From Candidatus Aenigmatarchaeota archaeon (GTDB lineage: Archaea > Aenigmatarchaeota > Aenigmatarchaeia > PWEA01): DNA of 64,000 nt. Positions 36,719-44,512 of this stretch are shown one piece after another. The notes beneath the pieces are model-generated. The model was given only the letters and a program-made list of their open reading frames with translations, ran no database searches and was not told where the DNA came from. The stretch lies in contig JBKHHE010000004.1 of the NCBI GenBank assembly GCA_046539305.1, positions 606-64,605 of the forward strand, written 5' to 3'. Position 1 is the stretch's first letter; each line of letters begins with the position of its first letter. The translations under genes and the position numbers were made by a program.

Positions 36719-38062
36719 TCACCTGAGTGCGTTCTCCACTGCGAACGATGTCGCGGATATCACGTCCCCGAGGCCGACGCTCAGCTCCGGGTCCTCGTAT
36801 ATCTTGTTTGGGACCAGAACTATATCAAAGTTGGCGCTGTGGATGCCCTCTTCCTTGAAGTTTTCATCGCTCAGGTATTCGCCCAGCTCCTCCCTGTACT
36901 TTTCCCCCCTTTCGGACGGCTGGACACGCAGCGCTTCTCTGAGGTTTTCCGGAGTCACTTCCCTGCCGCTTGCCTTGGTCCAGACAGCGTTCCTTGCAAA
37001 CTTGAAACCTTCACGGATGGGCTCCGGGTCCACGTAGTCCCTGGAGACAGAGAGAAAGTAATGGTGGGTGTGAATGCTTACTGCGTCTACCCCCAGTTTA
37101 TTAAGCACTCTTTCCATGATCTCCATAAGTTTCACAGGTGAGTCAGGCCCTGGGACCTCGTCGCGGATATCCAGGTCGTCCTCTATAAGGTCAAGTTCAT
37201 TCAGGTCGAATGAGAACACATCTGCGAGAGGGACGACCTCTTTCAGGATAGCTTTCCTTATTTTTTCCCTGTGCGAGGCCGCGAACTCTATCTGTATATT
37301 TGTTTCGGGAGAAACCTTCTTCACGTTTTTTATAAAGTCCTTGGCACTCTCCAGATGCTCTCGCCAGTCGATCCCGTCGGGATACTCTTCCAGGAGGTTA
37401 TGGTAGCCTGCAAGTATCATACAGTCCACCTCCTCCGCGAGCTTCTCCGTTTTACCCTCAATCTCCCCGAGTTCCAGGTTTTCTTGTTTGTAGGGCGAAG
37501 AGGCTATGAACCTGCTGTTGTTCCCGGCTTTCACTCCGAAAAGCTCCTGGCCCTCGAAGAACTCTATTATCCAGTTCTTCTTCGTGGGTATGTCCTTCCA
37601 GCATTTTCTCGGATGTTTGAATTTCAGCTCGCCATCTTCAACGACAGGAAACCGCAGGTTTTCATTGTCCTCAAACAGCGCCGCCTGTTCCTTGGACAGG
37701 TTCGTGGTATAAACTATCGACCGGCAGCCGAGCTTTGAAAGAAGGTTGGGCATTATCCCTGCCTGACCGCCCATCCTCTTCTCATCGCATTTTACATTTT
37801 CCGTCATCCATTTTTTGAGCTCCGGGTTTTCTATCTGTATTTCGTTGCCCATCCCTCTCTCCATGCAGTCCAGAACTCCTGTGAGAAGATCCTCTTTCTC
37901 ATTCAGAAGCTTCGGATCCTGCTCCTTTGCTTTTTCAATCTCGTCCTCCGAGAAAAGACTCCGAAAGTCGTCGTCCACGTGGGTTATGACGTCCGTGTTC
38001 ACATTGTAAGCGAGAAATATAGACAGGCCCTCCAGCTTCTTTAGAGTTTCCTCGAGGCGCAT
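36719..38062 (-). CDS. ADP-dependent sugar kinase (ADP-PFK/ADP-GK family)
   Basis: 447 aa. N-terminal AYNVNTDV and C-terminal VGLGDVISA signature of the archaeal ADP-dependent kinases. Confidence 0.85.
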   Translation of the reverse strand: MRLEETLKKLEGLSIFLAYNVNTDVITHVDDDFRSLFSEDEIEKAKEQDPKLLNEKEDLLTGVLDCMERGMGNEIQIENPELKKWMTENVKCDEKRMGGQAGIMPNLLSKLGCRSIVYTTNLSKEQAALFEDNENLRFPVVEDGELKFKHPRKCWKDIPTKKNWIIEFFEGQELFGVKAGNNSRFIASSPYKQENLELGEIEGKTEKLAEEVDCMILAGYHNLLEEYPDGIDWREHLESAKDFIKNVKKVSPETNIQIEFAASHREKIRKAILKEVVPLADVFSFDLNELDLIEDDLDIRDEVPGPDSPVKLMEIMERVLNKLGVDAVSIHTHHYFLSVSRDYVDPEPIREGFKFARNAVWTKASGREVTPENLREALRVQPSERGEKYREELGEYLSDENFKEEGIHSANFDIVLVPNKIYEDPELSVGLGDVISATSFAVENALR

Positions 38063-38105
38063 AAAGGTTAAATTTAAGTCCTTCTATAAAAATATAGGTG
38101 AAAGG

Positions 38106-38924
38106 ATGATGGACGACGTACCGGAAAAAATAAAAACCAGGGAGGAAGACTCTCACAAGTACGACTTCGGTAGCTTGCTTGTAGTGGGCGGCTCCAAAAC
38201 TTACTCAGGTTCACCAACTTTCAACTCCTTAGCAGCATACCGCAGTGGTGTGGACCTGGTAACAACGGCTTCTCCAAAACGGGCTGCCGACATAATCGCG
38301 AGCTTCTCCCCTTCTCTTATAGTAGAACCGCTGGAGGGCGATTACGTTTCGCCTGAGTACCTCGGTCGCCTTGAAGAACTGGAAGAAAATGCCGACGCAG
38401 TTCTGATAGGTGGCGGCCTGGAAAGGAGGACGGAGACCTTTAAAACGGTCACGGAGTTTCTGAAACAGGTTGAAATACCGGCGGTAATAGATGCCGATGC
38501 GATTCACGCGGTTGCCAGAAACAAGGACATATTAAGAGAAGGCTTCGTACTCACGCCTCATGCACGCGAATTCGAAGTTCTTACGGGTGAAGAGGTCACG
38601 GAGGAAAACGCCAGGAAAGCGGCGGAAGAGCTCGGCTGTGTAATTCTGTTAAAAGGGAAAGAGGACGTAATAACCGATGGCGATGAAGTTCTGAAAAACG
38701 GAACCGGCAACCAGTACATGACAGTCGGCGGAACAGGAGACACCCTCGCAGGTATAGTTGGTTCCCTGCTTGCCCAGGGCCTTGATCCATTGGAAGCGGC
38801 CTATAGAGGTGCCTGGATAAACGGAAAGGCCGGAGAAATCGCTTCTGAGGAAAAAGGCGTCGGCATGCTCCCTGACGACCTTCTGGAAAAGATCCCTCAG
38901 GCAATTCAGGAAAGTGAAGGCTAG
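38106..38924 (+). CDS. ADP-dependent NAD(P)H-hydrate dehydratase (YjeF C-terminal type)
   Basis: HKYDFGSLLVVGGSKTYSGSP and GGTGDTLAG motifs. Confidence 0.85.
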   Translation: MMDDVPEKIKTREEDSHKYDFGSLLVVGGSKTYSGSPTFNSLAAYRSGVDLVTTASPKRAADIIASFSPSLIVEPLEGDYVSPEYLGRLEELEENADAVLIGGGLERRTETFKTVTEFLKQVEIPAVIDADAIHAVARNKDILREGFVLTPHAREFEVLTGEEVTEENARKAAEELGCVILLKGKEDVITDGDEVLKNGTGNQYMTVGGTGDTLAGIVGSLLAQGLDPLEAAYRGAWINGKAGEIASEEKGVGMLPDDLLEKIPQAIQESEG

Positions 38925-39397
38925 TCCAGGCTTATTATCTGTGCTTCCATTTTCTCCAGGTTTACTAAAGCCACAGTTTTCTCTCCCGTGAGCCATCCCG
39001 AAGCCTCGCCTGGATTGATGGAAACAGCACCGTCCTTCTTCTCGACTTTGGGCTCGTGTGTGTGGCCGTTTACGAGGAGGTCGAAATCACCTTCGACTTT
39101 TTCCCCTGGCTTATGTGTGAGGCGGACCCTTTTCCCTTTAACCTCCAGTGAAGTTGGAGCTTCTTCTATTTTACCGAAGTCGCTGACCTCCTCCTTTAGA
39201 CCTTCCTTCTCTCCATCATTATTCCCGAAAACGCCGTGGAAGTCGCCCTCTAGTTTCGAGAATTTTTCCAGTGCAAATGGAGCCACGTAGTCGCCGGCGT
39301 GCAGAACTAGGTCTGCACCTCTCTCGTTGAACTCCTCCACGGCCTTCTCTATCGCGGGCAAGTTGTCGTGCGTGTCCGATACTATTCCAACTAGCAT
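38921..39397 (-). CDS. MJ0936/YfcE-family metallophosphoesterase
   Basis: SDTHDN, GDYV, GNNDG and GHTH motifs. 158 aa. Confidence 0.85.
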   Translation of the reverse strand: MLVGIVSDTHDNLPAIEKAVEEFNERGADLVLHAGDYVAPFALEKFSKLEGDFHGVFGNNDGEKEGLKEEVSDFGKIEEAPTSLEVKGKRVRLTHKPGEKVEGDFDLLVNGHTHEPKVEKKDGAVSINPGEASGWLTGEKTVALVNLEKMEAQIISLD

Positions 39398-39401
39398 GGT
39401 G

Positions 39402-40577
39402 TCATCTCAGGGCTTTCATCCCCACTAGTTCTTCACCGAGCAGAGCCTTTACAAAAGCTCCCCCTGCCAAAGAAACGTGCGAATAGTCCTCATCTATGTC
39501 GAATCCAAGCTGCTCTATGGCTTCCGATGTGTCCCCTCCCCCTATAAGCACATATTTATCCAGTTTTTTAAGACGCTCGAATATCTTCTCCGTACCTTTG
39601 CTGAAGTTATCGTCCTCGAACTTTCCAACAGGTCCGTTCATCACGACGGTTTCAGCATCGCTCAGTCTACTGTTGAATTTTTCTATGGTTTCCGTCCCTA
39701 TATCGAACACTTCCTCCCTCACAGGCAGTGACTTGACGTCTACTTCCTCTCTCATCCGGTTTTTCTCATAGGCCAGGTCCTCAGGGAGTAGTATCTTGTT
39801 GCCGTAGCCGCCCAAAAGCTCCTGTATTTTCCCCTCAAGCTCGCTGACATCACGCTCCTTCGGACCCAGGTCTTTGTCCTGCACCTGAAGGAAGATTTCC
39901 CCTGGTGCACCTCCGAGCATGGCCAGGTCTGCTATATCTTCTTCGAAGACCTTGTGCAGAACATTTACGGCGTCCTTGGGCTTGTTCCCGCCGAGGACAA
40001 ACTGTCTTGGTCTCCTAGTCTCTTCCAGGTTTCTTATCGCCTCCATGTCCTTCTCAAGCACGGGCCCAGCTGCACTTTCCATTACCTGTGGAAAGCCGGT
40101 TATAGAGGCATGGTTTCTATGACATACGGAAAAGGCGTCGTTGACGTACAGGTCACACCAGCTCGACAGCTTCTGTACAAGCTCCGATACCGCATGCTCC
40201 TCGGGACTTCTCTCCGCGAGCTCGTCGTCGTGCATCCTCACGTTGTCGAGGAGTAGTACGTCTTCCTCCTGAAGCTCTCCTACTGCTTTTTCAGCTAGCT
40301 CGCCGGCTATGTCTTCGATGAATATTACTCTTCTGTCGAGGAGGTGGTTCAGGTGCTCCGCGTGCTGTTCCAGATGTAAAAAGTCGTCCCTGCCAGGTCT
40401 TCCCTGATGCGCCAGGACAACCACTGCTGCACTTCTTTCACAGAGCTCCTCTATGGTTTTTGCGTGCGCCTTCATCCGCGGAGTCAGCTTGACCCTTCCC
40501 TGCTTGACCGTAGAATTGAGGTCGACCCTCAGGAGTACTTTCTTCCCCTCTACGTCCACGTTTTCCATGGACTTCAT
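39402..40577 (-). CDS. pgk: phosphoglycerate kinase
   Basis: LRVDLNS, AHQGRPG and IGGGDT blocks. 1 nt downstream of gap. Confidence 0.9.
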   Translation of the reverse strand: MKSMENVDVEGKKVLLRVDLNSTVKQGRVKLTPRMKAHAKTIEELCERSAAVVVLAHQGRPGRDDFLHLEQHAEHLNHLLDRRVIFIEDIAGELAEKAVGELQEEDVLLLDNVRMHDDELAERSPEEHAVSELVQKLSSWCDLYVNDAFSVCHRNHASITGFPQVMESAAGPVLEKDMEAIRNLEETRRPRQFVLGGNKPKDAVNVLHKVFEEDIADLAMLGGAPGEIFLQVQDKDLGPKERDVSELEGKIQELLGGYGNKILLPEDLAYEKNRMREEVDVKSLPVREEVFDIGTETIEKFNSRLSDAETVVMNGPVGKFEDDNFSKGTEKIFERLKKLDKYVLIGGGDTSEAIEQLGFDIDEDYSHVSLAGGAFVKALLGEELVGMKALR

Positions 40578-40578
40578 C

Positions 40579-41571
40579 TCATAGCAGCTCCTTCATAACA
40601 TCTATCATTCTGCAGGAGAAGCCCCACTCGTTGTCGTACCATCCGAGGACCTTGACCTGCTGTCCTATCTGCATGGTCTTCTTCCCGTCGACGACCACGG
40701 AGTGTGGGTCCTGAATTATGTCCCTGGAGACGATTTCTTCTTCGGTGTATCCCAGGACGCCCTCGAGCTCTCCCCTGGCAGCTTCTTTGAAGGCTCCGTT
40801 GATCTCTTCTTCGGACGCCTCTTCCTCCAGGTTGACCACGAAGTCGGTCACCGAACCGTCGGGGACGGGAACTCTCATGGCTATACCATCCAGTTTTCCT
40901 TTCAGCTCCGGTATAACTTCCGTTACCGCCTGCGCTGCTCCCGTGGTCGTAGGTATTATATTCTCTGCCGCGGCCCTTCTCCTCCTGGGCTTGGGATTGG
41001 GTCCGTCGACAAGGTTCTGTGTGCTCGTGTAGGCGTGGACTGTCGTTATCACACCTTCCTTTATCCCGAACTCATCGTGGAGAACCTTCACCATGGGCGC
41101 CATGGAGTTGGTCGTGCAGGATGCGTTGTCCACTATGTTGTGTTCCCGTGGATCGTATTCGTCTTCGTTTACTCCGTAAACAATTGATGGGACTTCGCCT
41201 TCCCCTTTGGAGGGCGCGGAAATAACTACCTTCTTGGCACCTGCTTCCAGGTGCTTGGCTGCGTCCTCCTTCTTTCTGAAAATTCCTGTCGACTCACAGG
41301 CGACGTCAACGTCCATCTCGTCCCAAGGAAGCTCTTCTGGGCTCTTTTCCTGCAGCAGTTTTATCTCCTCTCCGTCGACTGTCAGCTCTCCGTCCCTTAC
41401 TTTTACGTCCTTCTCGTACCTCCCGTAGACGGAGTCGTGCTTAAGAAGGTAGACAAGTTCTTCGGGCTCCAGTAGGTCATTTATCGCGACAAAGTTTATC
41501 TCGGGGTCTTCGAGGCCGGCCTTGAAAACAGCCCTCCCTATTCTTCCAAATCCGTTTATGGCAACCTTCAT
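40579..41571 (-). CDS. gap: glyceraldehyde-3-phosphate dehydrogenase, type I (bacterial/eukaryal-like)
   Basis: INGFGRIGR and ASCTTN active-site blocks. 330 aa. Confidence 0.92.
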   Translation of the reverse strand: MKVAINGFGRIGRAVFKAGLEDPEINFVAINDLLEPEELVYLLKHDSVYGRYEKDVKVRDGELTVDGEEIKLLQEKSPEELPWDEMDVDVACESTGIFRKKEDAAKHLEAGAKKVVISAPSKGEGEVPSIVYGVNEDEYDPREHNIVDNASCTTNSMAPMVKVLHDEFGIKEGVITTVHAYTSTQNLVDGPNPKPRRRRAAAENIIPTTTGAAQAVTEVIPELKGKLDGIAMRVPVPDGSVTDFVVNLEEEASEEEINGAFKEAARGELEGVLGYTEEEIVSRDIIQDPHSVVVDGKKTMQIGQQVKVLGWYDNEWGFSCRMIDVMKELL

Positions 41572-41662
41572 CTATCTCACCCTTTATACTCTTTCCGGTG
41601 TTTCCTATAAAAAAGTAAACCCGAGTGGAAAGTAGAATTACGACCTTTCGGTTCTCACGAAA

Positions 41663-41676
41663 TTTTTAAATATTTC
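41663..41676 (+). promoter_or_regulatory. TATA-like box TTTTTAAATATTT for the downstream ncRNA
   Basis: Same motif class as at the protein-gene promoters. About 20-25 nt upstream of the first base-paired nucleotide of the RNA. Confidence 0.5.
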
Positions 41677-41690
41677 CAGAACTAATATCA

Positions 41691-41865
41691 GCTTCCCTGG
41701 TGTGGACGAGGGAGTCTATCGAAACACCTGCAGGGCGACCTGCAAGGCCAAGTAAGGAAGGGTTCGGCAACGAACCTGGACCGAAAAGTCTGTGGGGTGT
41801 GGATGGACAGAATATAAGGGAGGACCAAAACTTCCTTGACCTCCAAGCACCAGGGACTAGTTTTC
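41691..41865 (+). ncRNA. structured ncRNA of about 165 nt; RNase P RNA-like sequence blocks (possibly a strongly reduced RNase P RNA)
   Basis: Closing helix CCCUGGUG/CACCAGGG followed by UUUU. Two GNRA-capped hairpins. A 12-bp long-range helix. GCAAGGCCAAGUAAGG resembles the RNase P block GCAAGGCCAAAUAGGG. The ORFs overlapping it have a non-protein-like composition. Confidence 0.6.
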
Positions 41866-42080
41866 TCTCGACTCAATACTTCCGACAGGTACAGTTAAGG
41901 AAGGTATTTCCCCCACTCACACTTTCGTTCGTCTCCAGTTCTGTTATTTCACTGTCAGGCCTTACTCTAAAGCCGTCTTCGCCTTCGTCCGCTTATGTGC
42001 TATCGAGACATAAAAACTTTGTTTTTTGGGCGCTCGTGCCCTTCCAAAAAATTATAAACAGTGAAACCACTTAACAGTTC

Positions 42081-42287
42081 ATGGGCGAGAAAAAGAGACT
42101 TTACAGGACCGAAGGCAAAGACAGGATGCTCGGCGGGGTATGTGGAGGCATAGCCGAGTATTTCGACGTAGATCCTACACTTGTAAGGCTTCTCTGGGTA
42201 TTCTTCACACTCGGTTTCGGCGGGGGCCTTCTCGCCTACATAATAGCCCTGATAATCGTTCCCAATAAGTCAGAGGTAAAGAAATAA
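42081..42287 (+). CDS. PspC-domain membrane protein
   Basis: GKDRMLGGVCGGIAEYFDVDPTLVRLLWV followed by a TM helix. Confidence 0.8.
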   Translation: MGEKKRLYRTEGKDRMLGGVCGGIAEYFDVDPTLVRLLWVFFTLGFGGGLLAYIIALIIVPNKSEVKK

Positions 42288-42309
42288 CATAACCTGAAGA
42301 TTCTGTTCA

Positions 42310-43140
42310 TCAGCTGTCCTTCTTTATGATCTCTAGGTGCGGGAACGGGATCTCGATTCCTTCCTCGCGGAATTTCTCAAGGAGTCTCTTTCTAATGCTG
42401 CTCCTCATTCCGGGCAGGCTCATGTTTCTGTCCTTGAGGTCTTTTCTGTCGACCCAGAACCTCACGAGGAGGTTTATCGAGGAGTCCGCGAACTCGTCTA
42501 TAACTATGGAAGGCTCCGGTTCTTCGAGAACGTCCTCCTCGTCGCCGAGAACTTCCCTGGAAGCCTTCAGAGCTTTGTTCATGTCCGTGTCGTAGTCCAC
42601 ACCTATCTCTATGTCTATCCGCGAGTTAGGCTCTGCCGTCTTGTTTATCACGGTGCTGTTTGTTATCTTCGAGTTAGGTACAGTTACGAGTTCGCCGGAG
42701 AAGTTTCTTATCCTTGTTGTCTGAAGAGAGAGGTCCTGAACTATTCCCTGTTCGTCCCCGACCTCAATCCAGTCGCCTATCTTGAAGGGCCTGTCGATGT
42801 AGAGGACCATGCCGGCGATTACGCCGGAAAGGACATCCTTGGTCGCCATGCCTACCACGATTCCGAGGAATCCCGCCCCGGCCAGCAGGCTTGTGAGCGA
42901 GCTTTTGAGGCCGAATACTGAAAGTATGATTAAGATGGCGGCAACGTAAACTATCGTGGAGGCCACCTTCCTGAAGGGCTTGGTATAGTGCTCCTCTATG
43001 TTTGCCCTCTCCGCGAATTTGCGTATAATCCTCTGGAAAACCAGCCTGTTGGCTAAGTAAGCGACTACTATAGTTATCAATGAGTAGACTATTTCCATCA
43101 GGTAAGGGACGTTGTTTTGGAGAAAGGCCACTATTTCCAT
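42310..43140 (-). CDS. mscS: small-conductance mechanosensitive channel (MscS family)
   Basis: Three TM helices plus IDRPFKIGDWIEV beta-domain signature. Confidence 0.85.
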   Translation of the reverse strand: MEIVAFLQNNVPYLMEIVYSLITIVVAYLANRLVFQRIIRKFAERANIEEHYTKPFRKVASTIVYVAAILIILSVFGLKSSLTSLLAGAGFLGIVVGMATKDVLSGVIAGMVLYIDRPFKIGDWIEVGDEQGIVQDLSLQTTRIRNFSGELVTVPNSKITNSTVINKTAEPNSRIDIEIGVDYDTDMNKALKASREVLGDEEDVLEEPEPSIVIDEFADSSINLLVRFWVDRKDLKDRNMSLPGMRSSIRKRLLEKFREEGIEIPFPHLEIIKKDS

Positions 43141-43196
43141 AGGTCTGTTTTAAATTTCCAGGCATAAAAAACTAACAGGAAAATACTGGTAATAAC

Positions 43197-43856
43197 ATGA
43201 AACTTGCAGCACTCGTCTCCGGTGGGAAGGACTCATTGTACGCGCTCTGGAAGGAGAAAAAACAGAACGAGATAGACTACCTGATCTGCGTGAAACCGAA
43301 GCCCGATTCAAAGTTTTTGCACGCGGAGAACCTGGAGGTCGTAAAGCTTCAGTCCGAGTCCATGGGAATACCCTTGATTTGGAGGGAAGGGTCCGGTGAA
43401 GGAGTGAAACCCCTGGAGGATGCCGTAGAAGCAGTGAGTGGAGAAGTGGACGGCGTGGTTTCGGGAGCTCTGGCTTCCAACTACCAGAAGGAGCGCGTGA
43501 AAAAGATCTGCGAGAAGTTCAGCTTGGAGAGTTTGACACCCCTCTGGCACGGAGACGAAGAGGAGCTCATGGAAGGAGTTCTACAGGAAGGCTTCGAGGT
43601 GGTAGTCACGAAGGTGGCGGCACAGGGCCTCGGGAAGGAGTGGCTCGGCAGGAAGCTGGATCAGGAGGCTATGAAAGAACTGAAAGAACTGAAGGAGAAA
43701 TACGGCATACATATGTCCGGAGAAGGCGGAGAGCTTGAAACTTTGGTTGTTGACTGTCCGCTGTTCCAGAAAAAGATAACCTTGGAAAAAATCAGGAAAG
43801 GGTGGGATGGTAGGACGAAGACTGGGTACCTAGAAGTGCTGGAGGCGTCACTGTAA
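43197..43856 (+). CDS. PP-loop ATP pyrophosphatase of the diphthine-ammonia ligase (Dph6/MJ0570) family
   Basis: LVSGGKDS PP-loop. 219 aa. Confidence 0.72.
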   Translation: MKLAALVSGGKDSLYALWKEKKQNEIDYLICVKPKPDSKFLHAENLEVVKLQSESMGIPLIWREGSGEGVKPLEDAVEAVSGEVDGVVSGALASNYQKERVKKICEKFSLESLTPLWHGDEEELMEGVLQEGFEVVVTKVAAQGLGKEWLGRKLDQEAMKELKELKEKYGIHMSGEGGELETLVVDCPLFQKKITLEKIRKGWDGRTKTGYLEVLEASL

Positions 43857-43909
43857 GGACGAGACCGGAAAACCTTATAAATCATCGCTAGAAAACAAAG
43901 GATGATAGC

Positions 43910-44461
43910 ATGGACCTTGGACCGAAGGAAGCCATAAGAATGATACAGATCCACCCCACCTCCGTAGTCACTACTATAAACGAGGAAGGGAGTTTTGATG
44001 CCGCGGCTTTTTCCTTTCTTTCACCCGTCTCTTTCGACCCTCCGATGGTTGCTGTAATGGTTTCACCTGACAGATATACCTACGAGAACCTGAAGAACGG
44101 TGGAGAGTTCGTTGTAAACGTTTTAACCAAACACTACCTGGAAGAGATAATGTACGTCGGGAAGGTGAGTTTTGAGGACAATCCGAACAAGCTCGAGGAA
44201 AGCGAGCTTAACTTGAAGGATGCGGAGGAGGTCGAGCCCTCTAGGATTGAAGAAGCTGTTGGGTGGCTGGAGTGCGAGGTCGAAGATATACACAGGGCTG
44301 GAGACCACTATATAGTTGTCGGAAAGATAATCTGTGCCAGCGTCGTGGACGAGTTCTGGGACGATGGAAGGTTCCTTGCCGAGGAGGCGGAGACACTGCA
44401 TCACCTCGGCGGAAACAAGTTTCTGGTCGGTGGGAACGTGGTGGAGTGGGAGGAAGAATAA
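43910..44461 (+). CDS. flavin reductase-like FMN-binding split-barrel protein
   Basis: HPTSVVTTINEEG...FVVNV pattern typical of the flavin reductase-like domain. Confidence 0.68.
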   Translation: MDLGPKEAIRMIQIHPTSVVTTINEEGSFDAAAFSFLSPVSFDPPMVAVMVSPDRYTYENLKNGGEFVVNVLTKHYLEEIMYVGKVSFEDNPNKLEESELNLKDAEEVEPSRIEEAVGWLECEVEDIHRAGDHYIVVGKIICASVVDEFWDDGRFLAEEAETLHHLGGNKFLVGGNVVEWEEE

Positions 44462-44512
44462 CTTGGAACGTGTAAAATTTAAGGGTGGCGGAGAAATTAT
44501 AGAGTAGGTATC

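Noticed and set aside
41700-42074. 124-aa plus-strand ORF, together with the 62-aa minus-strand ORF 41688..41876.
   Set aside because: Both overlap the structured ncRNA. Their composition (S/P/L-rich, few E/K) is unlike the rest of the proteome, and the promoter spacing fits an RNA 5' end rather than a start codon.
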